Assembly: GCF_009914755.1 (NCBI RefSeq)
Contig: NC_060947.1
Direction: 5' to 3' (one strand)
DNA: 64,000 nt
Source of the DNA: the human T2T-CHM13v2.0 reference genome, Homo sapiens
The number at the start of each line of letters is the position of its first letter. Position 1 is the first letter of the stretch. Positions 11,084 to 30,800 of the stretch are shown here, piece after piece. Made by a program: the position numbers and the translations under genes. The notes below the pieces were generated by a model. That model was not told where the DNA came from. It was given only the letters and a program-made list of their open reading frames with translations, and made no database searches.

Positions 11084-12599
11084 ATGGGGAAAAAACAGAG
11101 CAGAAAAACTGGAAACTCTAAAGAACAGAGTACCTCTCCTCCTCCAAAGGAACGCAGTTCCTCATAAGCAATGGAACAAACCTGGATGGAGAATGACTTT
11201 GACGAGTTGAGAGAAGAAGGCTTCAGACGATCAAACTACTCTGAGCTACAGGAGGAAATTCAAACCAAAGGCAAAGAAGTTAAAAACATTGAAAAAAATT
11301 TAGACGAATGTATAACTAGAATAACCAATACAGAGAAGTGTTTAAAGGAGCTGATGGAGCTGAAAGCCAAGGCTTGAGAACTACATAAAGAATGCAGAAG
11401 CCTCAGGAGACAATGAGATCAACTGGAAGAAAGGGTATTGGTGATGGAAGATGAAATGAATGAAATGAAGCGACAAGGGAAGTTTAGAGAAAAAAGAATA
11501 AAAAGAAATGAACAAAGCCTCCAAGAAATATGGGACTATGGGAAAAGACCAAATCTACGTCTGATTGGTGAACCTGAAAGTGACGGGGAGAATGGAATCA
11601 AGTTGGAAAACACTCTGAAGTATATTATCCAGGAGAACTTCCCCAATCTAGCAAGGCAGGCCAACATTCAGATTCAGGAAATACAGAGAATGCCACAAAG
11701 ATATTCCTCAAGAAGAGCAACTCCAAGACACATAATTGTCAAATTCACCAAAGTGGAAATGAAGGAAAAAATGTTAAGGGCAGCCAGAGACAAAGGTCGG
11801 GTTACCCACAAACGGAAGCCCATCAGACTAACAGAGGATCTCTCAGCAGAAACTCTACAAGCCAGAAGAGAGTGGGGGCCAATATTCAACATTCTTAAAG
11901 AAAAGAATTTTCAACCAAGAATTTCATATCCACCCAAACTAAGTTTCATAAGTGAAGGAGAAGTAAAATCCTTTACAGACAAGCAAATGCTGAGAGATTT
12001 TGTCACCACCAGGCCTGCCCTAAAAGAGCTCCTGAAGGAAGCACTAAACATGGAAAGGAATAACCGGTACCAGTCACTGCAAAATCATGCCAAATTGTAA
12101 AGACCATCAAGGCTAGGAAGAAACTGAATCAACTAACGAGCAAAATAACCAGCTAACATCATAACGACAGGATCAAATTCACAAATAACAATATTAACTT
12201 TAAATGTAAATGGACTAAATGCTCCAATTAAAATACACAGACTGGCAAATTGGATAAAGAGTCAAGACCCAACAGGGTGCTGTATTCAGGAAACCCATCT
12301 CACTTGCAGAGACACACATAGGCTCAAAATAAAGGGAAGGAGGAAGATCTACCAAGCAAATGGAAAACAAAAAAAGGCAGGGGTTGCAATCCTAGTCTCT
12401 GATAAAATAGACTTTAAACCAACAAAGATCAAAAGAGACAAAGAAGGCCATTACATAATGGTAAAGGGATCAATTCAACAAGAAGAGCTAACTATCCTAA
12501 ATATATATGCACCCAATACAGGAGCACCCAGATTCATAAAGCAAGTCCTCAGTGACCTACAAAGAGACTTAGACTCCCACACAATAATAATGGGAGACT

Positions 12600-17934
<5,335 letters not shown>

Positions 17935-19390
17935 AAAGCAAACATTTTTTTCACACAAAAACCAAATAAGAATACCACCATAAAATTGTTAGAACTTGTA
18001 AACAAATTCAGTAATGCTTCAGTATAAAAACGTCAACATATGAAATTAGTAGCATTTTTATATGCCAACAGTAAACAATCTAAAAAAAAGAAAGCAATGC
18101 CAGTTACAATAGCTACAAAAATTAAATGGCCTACAATAAATTTAAACAAAGAAGTGAAAAATGTCTACATTGCAAAGTGAAAAGAAAATTAATGAAAGAA
18201 AATGAAGAAGTCACTATTAAATGAAAAAGTTGGTCTTTGTTTATAGATTAGAATTATTTATAGTGTTCAAAATGTCCATACTACCTAAAGCAATTTACAG
18301 ATTCAATCTAATCTCTATTAAAATTCAAACCATATGTTTCAGAGAAATAGAATAATAATCTTAAAACATCTCTCTAACCAAAAAAAGATCCCAAATAGAC
18401 AAAGCGATCTTGAACAACAACCAAACCAAACAAAAGAAAAACAAAGTTAAAATAGTCATACTATTTGACTTCAAAATATGCTTCAAAGTCAAGGTAACCA
18501 AACAGCATGGTACTCGCAAAATAAATAGACACATAGACCAATGAAATAGAATAGGCAGTCTGGAAATATATCTATACATTCAGAGTCAACTCATTTTTGA
18601 TAGAGACATCAAAAGTAATTCTCAAAAACCACAGTCTTCAATAAATGGTGGTAGAAAAAATGAATTTTCACGTGTAGAAAAATGCAAATAAATCCCTATG
18701 TCTCATAATGTACAAAAGTCAAATAAAAATGGATGATATTCTTAAATATCAGACCCAAAACTATAAAACTACTAGAAAAAAAATTGGGAAAATGCTGTAG
18801 GCTATTTGTTTTGGCGAAAATTTTTGGTAAGTCTTCAAAAGCACAGTTAAATAAATCAAAAATAGACAAACAGGATTGCATCAAGTTAAAAAGCTTCTCC
18901 ACATCAAAGAAACCAATTCTCAGAAATAGCCAAGCTATATAATGGGAGAAAATATTTGCAAACTGTTAACAAGAAATTAATAACCACAATATGTAAGGAA
19001 GTCATACAACTCAACAGCAAAAAAATGAAATAATATGATTAAAAATGAACAAATGATCTCAACGTATCTCAAAAGATGACACACAAATGGCCAAAACATA
19101 TATGAAAAACTGCTCAACATTACTAATCATCAGGGAAATGCAAATTAAAACCACAATGTCCCCAGTTAAAACAGCTGTTATCAAGAAGGAAAAAAAAAAA
19201 AGAGATGCTTACAAAGATGGAAAGAAAGAAAAACGCTAGTACACTGTGAATATGTATGTATATTAATACAGCCATTATGAAAAACAGTATAGCGTCTCCT
19301 TTAAAAACTAAAAATAGGATTGCTGTATGATCCACCAATCTCACTGCTGAGTATACATCAAAAAGAAGTAATTATATTGAAGAGATAAGA

Positions 19391-19535
19391 TGGGAGTGGT
19401 GGTACACACTTTTCCCAGCAACTCAGGTATCTGAGTTGGAAGGATTGCTTAAACCAGGGAGTTTAAGGCTGCAGTAAGCCATGATTACACCACTGCACTC
19501 TAGCCTGGACAACAGAGCAAGGCCCTGCCTCAAAC
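19391..19535 (+). mobile_element. Old Alu monomer (FRAM or AluJ right arm)
   Basis: ggattgcttaaaccagggagtttaaggctgcagtaagccatgattacaccactgcactctagcctgg, flanked by aagagata / aagagaaa. Confidence 0.8.
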
Positions 19536-19636
19536 CAAGAGAAATATTCACACTCTCATATTTATCATAACACTTTTTACAATAGTCAAGATATGGAATC
19601 GAACTTTGTTTACCAATGAATAAATGGATCTAAAAT

Positions 19637-19639
<3 letters not shown>

Positions 19640-19668
<29 letters not shown>
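19640..19668. repeat. (TA)n microsatellite
   Basis: Direct reading of the sequence. Confidence 0.9.
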
Positions 19669-19678
<10 letters not shown>

Positions 19679-20302
19679 TGTGTATGTTACAATAGTATTC
19701 AGCTATAAAAAATAGTATCTTGTCATTTGCAGAATCATGGTTTAACCTGGAAGACATTATATCAAATGAAATAAGCCAGGCACAAATAGGCAACTATCAC
19801 ATGCACTCTGTCAAATGTGGGAGTTAGAAAAAGTTGGTATCAAGGAGCTGGAGAAAGAAATGATGGCTCCTGATGGCAGGGTAGTGTAGGGCAAGGGAGA
19901 AATGAAGATAGGTTTATCAATGTGAACAGAAATACAGTTGAATAAAAGAAAAATATTCTAGTTTCAATATCATAGTAGAGTGACATTTGTGATAATTTAT
20001 TGCATATTTCAAAATAGGTAGAAGAGAAGATTTGTAATATTCTAAACAGAAATAAATGATCAAAGACTGAAGTGATGAATATCCTGAATACCCTGGTTTG
20101 ATTAATACACATTGTATGCATCTATCTAAATCTGATATACCTCATATGCAGTTATAATGTATTAAAATTAATTCTTATTCAAACATAATGATGTTTGAAG
20201 AAATACATATTTATAGAAAAATAAAACAGCATAGAGAGCCCAGAAGTAAACTCAAACATATATGGATAATTACTATTTGATATAGTCATCAAGAAAACAC
20301 AA

Positions 20303-20937
20303 TGAAGTGGCATCATTTTCTGGTGTGATATCCAAGGTTCACTGCTTCATACCAAGAAAATTAAGGATGCAGACACACACAAGGAGTGAATTTAAGAGTG
20401 GAGGTTTAATAGGCCAAATAAAGAGAAAGGAGAATAGCTCCCCCTCCTGGGAGAGAGAGGGGTGCCAGAATGGGATTTCCGGCCGTGGCAGAGTGCACCA
20501 GATTTTACAGAAAGGCTTGAGGAGGTGGTGTCTGATTTACATAGGGCCCAAAATTGGTTGGACCAGGTGTGATGTTTACATAACACACAGGGAAGGTGGA
20601 CACCCCACACTAATCTTACCATGCAAATGGTGTCTTTACTTGACCCCTGTCATGTTGTCTGCTCCTTATTGTGCACGTGGTTGACAAGGGAAAGATGGAG
20701 CCACCATATTGGACATGCCTAGCCCCCAGGTAGCCTTTTCTTATTGGCACAGCTGCTGGCTTTCACCCGTACAATCCTCCAGCTTGCTTGTCTATGTCTG
20801 TATCTCGATTTTAAAGGCTGCTCTTTGTTAGAAAAGAAAATGATTTAGAGGCTGCTTTTCATTAAAAGGAAAACTTTACCAAGGACTTCCTTACCCTCAC
20901 GATCTTTCTCAATAATTTCTTCTTAACTCCCATATCA
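20303..20937 (-). mobile_element. Solo ERV1 LTR (MER61/LTR25-like)
   Basis: About 635 bp with TG..CA ends (tgaagtggc ... catatca). Minus-strand ATTAAA signal near 20406. It interrupts L1 ORF2. No clear TSD. Confidence 0.75.
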
Positions 20938-21133
20938 GTCTCTTCAAAAAGTACCAGGACTAATGAATATTTACATAAAAATGAATGAAATTTGACACCT
21001 ATTAATATATCATACACAGAAAATAAACTCAAAATGGTTTGAAAATCTAACATAAGACCTGAAACTGTAAAACATTTGGAAAAAGTATAGAAAAGAATTT
21101 TCTGGCATTAGTCATGGAAATTATTTTTTTTGA

Positions 21134-21787
<654 letters not shown>

Positions 21788-21809
21788 CTAAAATAAACAA
21801 GTGAGGCTT

Positions 21810-24800
21810 GAGAGGACAAGATGGCTGACTAGGCGCAGCCTGGTGGAAAAGCCGCCACTGAGGGACAAAGATGACTGGCCTACTCTTAACAGATCTACAG
21901 AGAAAAAGCACCAATAGTAGACGGAAGGAACAAACAGAAGCTGGGCTGAAGGAACAGAAAGCTGGAAACTCTATATGGGGCTACTGTGCATCTGGGCTTG
22001 TTTCTGGCCCCAGTGACTCCCAGGAAATGGGTGAATTGAACGGGCAAGAAGCAACTGTCTCTCTCCCTAGGCCCCTGGAATCCCAGCAGGGGGAGAATCC
22101 TCAATCACCATGGACACTTGAGTCAGCGGGAAAGCTGCTTAGAGAAGTGGTAGGGGAAGCAAGACAGCTAATGTGGACCCTAGAGGGTTTGGTATGGGAG
22201 TGTCTGTAGCAGAGCATGACCAGTGATGGCCATCCCCACTGGATTCAACTTGCTCCCATAGAACACTTTAGCCCTAGGGAAACTCTCTGCCAAACACTGC
22301 AGGATGTTCTTCATCAGACGAGGCTGCTCTGACCTGAGCGACCCATGGTCTGCTAGCCTCTCCTGTGGCCCCAGCCTGGCCATGCCTGCTTGCAGGGCAA
22401 CCTTAGGTGGTCTGGAGGCCAGCAACATAGCATCTGTGTAGCAGCAGACCATACGTGACTAACAGAGAACACCAGTGGCCCCACAGTCACACACCATTTG
22501 GCACACTCCCTCCCCACACTGCCACTTTCCCTGAACCTAAAGAAAGTCTCCAAATCACTTTGCTGATGCATTTCTGTGTGGGTGAGTTTTGATTTCCTTG
22601 CCCTGCCAGCAAGTAAGTGTGTATGCACCCTGCCCTGCCACTGATGTGGCAGGAGTGCAGTTCACACCCTGACCCCTACCAACTAACATTGCAGATGGAG
22701 CCTTGGCAGGAACAGAGTCAGCCAGCCCTGCACCCACAAGCACCCCACCCTTGTGTCAAAACTGTCACAGTAGTGAAACTAGGCACAGAGAAGAACAGAT
22801 TATCCCCCGCCCTAAGCAACCACTCCTGCTTGCTGTGCACAGAGAAGGCAGATAGACCCACACTTGCCAGAACACTGCCTCTGATCCAACGTCATCACAA
22901 ACATGACCACGCAAAAAGTCACCAGAAGGGGCCCCTGGCGCCCACAGCTGCTTTGCCTCTGCCATGGTGGGGAACGCCCACAGGGAGGTAGGCAACCTAG
23001 CACCCACTAGCACCCTGCACAGCTGATGAACATGAACCCAACTATACTGCCACTACCACTGCTGCTAGCACATACAAACAAGGACAGATCTCAATGATAC
23101 CACACTAGGAAATGCTTTAACTGAAACCAACCATCAGAGTAGAGTGTCCAGTGGTCCAAAAGAACATCGGACATCCCAGAACAGTGTATTCCTAATGTCA
23201 AAGAGCCAGAGAACAAATCAGGAACTAATACAAGTCCCCCACAGTTAGAGCACATAGTCCAGAAGTTGGGAGCTAAGTGTTGGCCCTATAAAATCTTCCA
23301 GAAATAGGATGCTGCTCCAAGATGACCGAATAGGAACAGCTCCAGCCTACAGCTCCCAGTGTGAGCGACGCAAAAGACAGGGTAATTTCTGCATTTCCAA
23401 TTGAGGTACCAGGTTCTTCTCACTGGGACTTGTTGGACGGTGAGTGCAGCCCATGGAGTTTGAGCCAAAGCAGGGTGGGGCATCGCCTCACCTGGGAAGC
23501 ACAAGCAGTTGGGGAATTCACTTTTCTAGCCAAGGGAAGCTGTGTCAGACAGTACCCGGAAAATCGAGACACTCCTGCCCTGATACTGCTTTTCCAATGG
23601 TCTTCACAAACAGCACACCAGGAGATTATATCCTCAGCATGGCTCAGCGGGTCCCATGCCCACAGAGCCTTGCTCACTGCTAGCACAGCAGTCCCAGATG
23701 GAATTATGAGGTGGCAGCGATGCTGGGTGAGGGGCGTCCACCATTGCTGAGGCTTGACTAGGTAAACAAAGCAGCTGGGAAGCTTGAACTGGGTGGAGCC
23801 CACTGCAGCTAAATGAGGCCTGCCTGCCTCTGTAGACTCCACCTCTCGGGGCAGGGCATAGCTGAACAAAAGGCAGCAGAAACTTCTGCAGACTTAAACA
23901 TCCCTGTCTGACAGCTTTGAAGAGAGTAGTGGTTCTCCAAGCATGGAGTTTGAGATCTGAGAATGGACAGACTGCCTCCTTAAGTGGGTCACGGACCCCC
24001 GAGTAGCCTAACTGGGAGACACCTCCTAGTAGGGGCAGACTGGTACCTCATAAGCCAGGTGCTCTTCTGAGACAAAGCTTCCAGAGGAAGGATCAGGCAG
24101 CAACATTTGCTATTCTGCAATATTAGCTGTTCTGAAGCCTCTGCTGGTGATACCCAGGCAAAGAAGGTCTGCAGTGTACCTTGAGCAACCTCCAACAGAC
24201 CTGCAGCTGAGGGTCCTGACTACTAGAAGGAAAACTAACAAACAGAAAGGAATAGTATTAACATCAACAAAAAGGACATCCACATCAAACCCCATCAGTA
24301 GGTCACCATCATCAAAGACCAAAGGTAGATAAAACCACAAAGATGGGGAGAAACCAGAATAAAAATCTGAAAATTCTAAAAATCAGAGTGCCTCTTCTCC
24401 TCCAAAGGAACACAGCTCCTCACCAGCAATGGAACAAAGCTGGACAGAGAATGATTTTGATGAGTTGACAAAAGTAGGCTTCAGAAGATTGGTAATAAAA
24501 AACTTCTCCAAGCTAAGGAGGATGTTCAAACCTATCAAAAAGAAGCTAAAAACCTTGAAAAAAGATTAGATGAATGACTAACTAGAATAAACAGCATAGA
24601 GAAGAACTTAAATGACCTGAAAGAGCTGAAAACCAAGGCACAAGAACTACGTGACACATGAACAAGTTTCAGTAGCCGATTCAATCAAGTGGAAGAAAGG
24701 GTATCAGTGATTAAAATCAAATGAATGAAATGAAGTGAGAAAAGAAGTTTAAAGAAAAAAGAGTAAAAAGAAATGAACAAAAGCTCCAAGAAGTATAGGA

Positions 24801-27800
24801 CTACGTGAAAAGACCAAATCTACTTTTGATTGGTATACCTGAAAGTGACAGGGAGAATGGAACCAAGTTGGAAAACACTCTGCAGGATATTATCCAGGAG
24901 AAATTCCCCAACCTAGCAAGGCAGGCCAACATTCAAATTCAGGAAATGCAGAGAATGCCACAAAGATACTGCTCGAGAAGAGAAACCCCAAGTCACATAA
25001 TTGTCAGATTCATCAAGGTTGAAATGAAGGAAAAAATGTTAAGGGCAGCCAGAGATAAAGGCCGGTTTATCCACAAAGGGAAGCCCATCAGACTAACAGC
25101 GGATCTCTCAGCAGAAACTCTACAAGCCAGAAGAGAGTGGGGGCCAATATTCAACATTCTTAAAGAAAAGAATTTTCAACCCAGAATTTCGTATCCAGCC
25201 AAACTAAGCTTCATAAGTGAAGGAAAATAAAATCCTTTACAGACAAGCAAATGCTGAGAGATTTTGTCACCACCAGCCCTGACTTACAAGAGCTCCCGAA
25301 GGAAACACTAAACATGGAAAGGAACAACCGGTACCAGCCACTGCAAAAACACGCCAAAATGTAAAGACCATTGATGCTAAGAAGAAACTGCAACAACTAA
25401 TGAGTGAATAACCAGCTAACATCATAATGACAGGATCAAATTCACACATAACAATATTAACCTTAAATGTAAATGGGCTAAATGCCCCAATTAAAAGACA
25501 CAAACTAGCAAACTGGATAAAAAGTCAAGACGCATCAGTGTGCTGTATTCAGCAGATACATCTCACATGCAGAGACACACATAGGCTCAAAATAAAGGGA
25601 TGGAGGAAGATCTACCAAGCAAATGGAAAACAAAATAGCAGGGTTGCAATCCTAGTTTCTCATAAAACAGACTTTAAGCCAACAAAGATCAAAAGAAACA
25701 AAGAAGGCCATTACATAATGGTAAATGGTAAAAGGAAATCGAATTGATATTCAACAAGAAGAGCTAACTATCCTATATATATATGCACCCAATACAGGAG
25801 CACCCAGATTCATAAAGCAAGTCCTTAAAGACACACAAAGAGACTTAGACTCTCACACAAAAATAATGCGAGACTTTAACACCCCATTGTCAACATTAGA
25901 CAGATCAATGAGACAGAAAGTTAACAAGGATATCCAGGAATTGCGCTCAGCTCTACACCAAGCGGACCTAATAGACATCTACAGAACTCACCACCCCAAA
26001 TCAACAGAATATACATTCTCAGCACCACATCGCACTTATTCCAAAAATGACCACATAGTTGGAAGGAAAGCACTCCTCAGCAAATCTAAAAGAATGGAAG
26101 CTATAACAAACTGTCTCTCAGACCACAGTGCAATCAAATTGGAACTCAGGATTAAGAAACTCACTCAAAACCACACAACTACAAGGAAACTGAACAACCT
26201 GCTCTTGAATGACTACTGGGTAAATAACGAAATGAAGGCAGAAATAAAGATGTTCTTTGAAACCAACAAGAACAAAGACACGACATACCAGAATCCCTGG
26301 GACACATATAAGCAGTGTGTAGAGGGAAATTTAGAGCACTAAATGCCCACAAGAGAAAGCAGGAAAGATCTAAAATTGACACCCTAACTTCACAATTAAA
26401 AGAACTAGAGAAACAAGAGCAAACACATTCAAAAGATAGCAGAAGGCAAGAAATCACGAAGATCAGAGCAGAAAAAAAGGAGATAGAGACACAAAAATCC
26501 CTTCAAACAATCAATGAATCCAGGAGTTGGTTTTTTGAAAAGATCGACAAAATGGATAGACCACTACCAAGACTAATAAAGGAGAAAAGAGAGAAGAATG
26601 AAATAGACACAATAAAGAATGATAAAGGGGCTAACACCACCGATCCCACAGAAATACAAACTACCACCAGAGAATACTATAAACACCTCTATGCAAATAA
26701 ACTAGAAAATCTAGAAGAAACGGATAAATTCCTGGACACATATACTCTCCCAAGACTAAACCAGGAAGAAGTTGAATCCCTGAATAGACCAATAACAAGC
26801 TCTGAAATTGAGGCAATAATTAATAGAATACCAACCAAAAAAAGTCCAGGACCAGATGGATTCACAGCAAAATTCTACCAGAGATACAAGGAGGAGCTGG
26901 TTCCATTCCTTCTGAAACTATTCCAATCAATAGAAAAAGAGGGAATCCTCCTTAACTCATTGTATGAGGGCAGCATCTTCCTGAAACCAAAGCCCAGCAG
27001 AGACACAACAAAAAAAGAGAATTTAGGCCAATATCCCTGATGAACATTGATGTGAAAATCCTCAGTAAAATACTGGCAAAGCAAATCTAACAGCACATTA
27101 AAAAGCTTACCCACAACGATCAAGGTGGCTTCATCCCTGAGATGCAAGGCTGGTTAAACATATGAAAATCAATAAATGTAATCCACCACATAAACAGAAC
27201 CAAAGACAAAAAACACATGATTATCTCAATAGATGCAGAAAAGGCCTTTGACAAAATTCAACAGTACTTCATGCTAAAAACTCTCAATAAACTAGGTATT
27301 GATGGGACGTATCTCAAAATAATAAGATATATTTATGACAAACCCAAAGCCAATATCATACTGAATGGGCAAAAACTGGAAGCATTCCCTTTGAAAACTG
27401 GCACAAGACAGGGATGCCCTCTCTCACCACTCCTATTCAATATACCATTGGAATTTCTGACCAGGGCAATGAGGCAAGAGAAAGAAATAAAGGGTATTCA
27501 ATTAGGAAAAGAGGAAGTCAAATTGTCCCTGTTTGCAGGTGACATGATTGTATATCTAGAAAACCCCATCATCTCAGCTGATAAACAACTTCAGCAAAGT
27601 CTCAGGATACAAAATCAATGTGCAAAAACCACAAACGTTCTTATACACAAATAACAGACAAACAGAGAGCCAAATCATGAGTGAACTCCCATTCACAATT
27701 GCTTCAAAGAGAATAAATACCTAGGAATCTAACTTACAAGGGATGTGAAAGACCTCTTCAAGGAGAACTACAAACCACTGCCCAATGAAATAAAAGAGGA

Positions 27801-30800
27801 CACAAACAAATGGAAGAACATTCCATGCTCATGGGTAGGAAGAATCAATATCGTGAAAATGGCCATACTGCCCAAGGTAATTCATAGATTCAGTGCCATC
27901 CACATCAAGCTACCAATGACTTTCTTCACAGAACTGGAAAAAACTACTTTAAAGTTCATATGGAACCAAAAAAGAGCCCGCATTGCCAAGACAATCCTAA
28001 GCCAAAAGAACAAAGCTGGAGGCATCACTCTACCTGACTTCAAATTATACTACAAGGTTACATTAACCAAAGCAGCATGGTACTGGTTCCAAAACAGAGA
28101 TGTAGACCAATGGAACAGAACAGAGCCCTCAGAAATAATGTCACACATCTACAACCATCTGATCTTTGACAAACCTGACAAAAACAAGAAATGGGGAAAT
28201 TATTCCCTATTTAATAAATGGTGCTGGGAAAACTGGCTACCATATGTAAAAAGCTGAAACTGGATCCCTTCCTTACACCTTATACAAAAATTAATTCAAG
28301 ATGGATTAAAGACTTACATGTTAGACCTAAAACCATAAAAACCCTAGAAAAAAACCTAGGCAATACCATTCAGGACATAGGCATGGGCAAGGACTTCATG
28401 TCTAAAACACCAAAAGCAATGGCAACGAAAGCCAAAATTGACAAATGGGATATAACTAAACTAAAGAGCTTCAGCACAGCAAAAGAAACTACCATCAGAG
28501 TGAACAGGCAACCTAGAGAATGAGAGAAAATTTTTGCAATCTACCCATCTGACAAAGGGCTAATATCCCGAATCTAAAATGAACTTAAACAAATTTACAA
28601 GAAAAAAACAAACAACCCCATCAACAAATGGGTGAAGGATATGAACAGACACTTCTCAGAAGACGACATTTATGCAGCCAACAGACACATGAAAAAATGC
28701 TCATTATCACTGGTCACCAGAGAAATGCAAATCAAAACTACAATGAGATACCATCTCACACCAGTTAGAATGGTGATTATTATAAGTCAGGAAAAAACAG
28801 GTGCTGGAGAGGATGTGGAGAAATAGGAACACTTTTACACTGTTGGTGGGACTGTAAACTACTTCAGCCATTGTGGAACACCGTGTGGTGATTCCTCAAA
28901 GATCTAGAAATAGAAACACAATTTGACCCAGCAATCTCATTACTGCGTATATACCCAAAGAATTGTAAATCATGCTGCTATAAAGACATATGCAAACGTA
29001 TGTTTATTGCGGCACTATTCACAATAGCAAAGACTTGGAACCAACCCAAAAGTCCATCAATGATAGACTGGATTAAGAAAATGTGGCCCATATACACCAT
29101 GGAATACTATACAGTCATAAAAATGGATGAGTTCATGTCCTTTGTAGGGTCTTGGATGAAGCTGGAAACCATCAATCTCAGCAAACTATCACAAGGACAG
29201 AAAGCCAAACACCACATGTTCTCACTGATAGGTGGGAATTGAACAATGAGAACACTTGGACACAGACTGCGGAACATCACACACTGGGGCCTGTCGTGGG
29301 GTGGGGGAAGAGGGGAGGGATAGCATTAGGAGAAATATCTAATATAAATGATGAGTGAATGGGTGCAGCACACGAGCATGGCACATCTGTACATATGTAA
29401 CAAACCTGCACGTTGTGCACGTGTACCCTAGAACTTAAAGTATAATAAAAAAAAATTTAAAAAAATCTTCCAGAAACAAAGCTAGTCAGTTGAATCCACC
29501 TTATACCACAATCAAACTTTCAAGGTCATCAAATAGAATATAGAGAAAAAAAATCCAAAGGTCAGCAACCTCAAAGACTGAAAAAATATCATCTCACAAA
29601 GAGGAGAAAGAACCAGTGCAATAACTCTGACATCTCAAAAAGCCTGAGTGCCTTCTTTCCTTCAAATGACATCACCTTTCCAGCAAGGGTTCTGAACTGG
29701 ACTGAAATGGCTGAAATGACAGAAATAATATTCAGAATATGAATAAAAACAAAGATAATTTAGCTAAAGGAGTACATTAAAATCCAATTGAAGGAAGCTA
29801 AGAATTATGATAAAACAATCCAGGAGCTGACAGACAAAATAGCAAGTATAGAAAAAATATATAAATGATCTGTGTCAGAGCCGAGAAACACACTACAAGA
29901 ATTTCATAATACAAACACGAGTAGTAATAGCAGAATAGACCAAGCAGTGGAAAGAATCTGAGTTTGAAGGCTGGCTTTCTGAAATAAGATAGTCTGACAA
30001 GAACAGAGAGAAAAAAAAAGAATGAGTAAAACCACCAAGAAATATGGGATTATGTAAAGAGACCAGATATGTAACTCACTGGTGTCCCTAAAAGAGATGG
30101 GGAAAGTGTAAGCAACTTGGAAAAATATTTCAAGACATTATCCACAAGAACTTCCTCAAACTAGCTAGAGAGGAAAACATTCAAATTCAGGAAATGCAGA
30201 GAACCCCAGTAAGATACTTTACAAGAATATCATCCCCAAGATACAAAATCATGCTAAAAATGTTAAAAGCAGCTAGAGAGAAAGGTTAGGTTACCTACAA
30301 AGGGAAGGCCATAAGACTAACAGCAGAACTCTCAGCAGAAACACTACAAGCCAGAAGAGATTGAGGGACAATATTTAACATTCTTAAAGAAAAGAAATTC
30401 CAACCCAGAATTTCATGTTTTGCTGGAAACAAAACTAAGCTTCATAAGTGAAGAAGAAATAAGATTGTTTTCAGACAACCAAATGCTGAGGTAACTTGTT
30501 ACCACTAGACCAGTCTTATAAGAGCTCCTGAGGAAGCACTAAATATTAAAAGACCACTACTAGCCACTACAAAAACACACTGAATATACAGACCAGTGAA
30601 ACCATAAAGCAACCACATAAAAAAGTCTGCAAAATATCCAGTTAATATCATTATGACAGGATCAAATCCACACACATTAATACTAATCTTAAATGGAAAT
30701 GGGCTAAATGTCTCAAATAAAAGGCACAGAGTGGCAATCTGGATAAATAATTAAGATGCAATGGTATGCTGTTTTTAAGAGACACATCTCACATGCAGTG

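Larger units (their letters stand above)
10052..12599 (+). mobile_element. L1PA4/5-age LINE-1, 3'-truncated: full 5'UTR, ORF1 (11084-12100, broken), start of ORF2
   Basis: Starts with ccaagatggccgaatagg and has a 5'UTR of about 1030 nt. ORF1 fragments 11171-11377 and 11438-12100 end QNHAKL*. The ORF2 start is mutated to ACG (12164). The element stops abruptly at atgggagact. Confidence 0.95.
17960..20165 (+). mobile_element. Old L1 (L1MA-type) ORF2 3' part and 3'UTR
   Basis: Degenerate ORF2 (IRPKTIKLLEK; IKLKSFST; atcagggaaatgcaaattaaaaccacaatg) and an L1MA-like 3'UTR (tttcaaaataggtagaagagaagatttg). Confidence 0.8.

Noticed and set aside
20711-20720. p53 response element in the LTR (GGACATGCCT)
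   Set aside because: Only one half-site is present and the neighbouring decamers do not match RRRCWWGYYY.
23305-29461. Retrotransposition-competent L1
   Set aside because: It is full length, but ORF1 and ORF2 are broken into many fragments and the RT motif reads FAGD.
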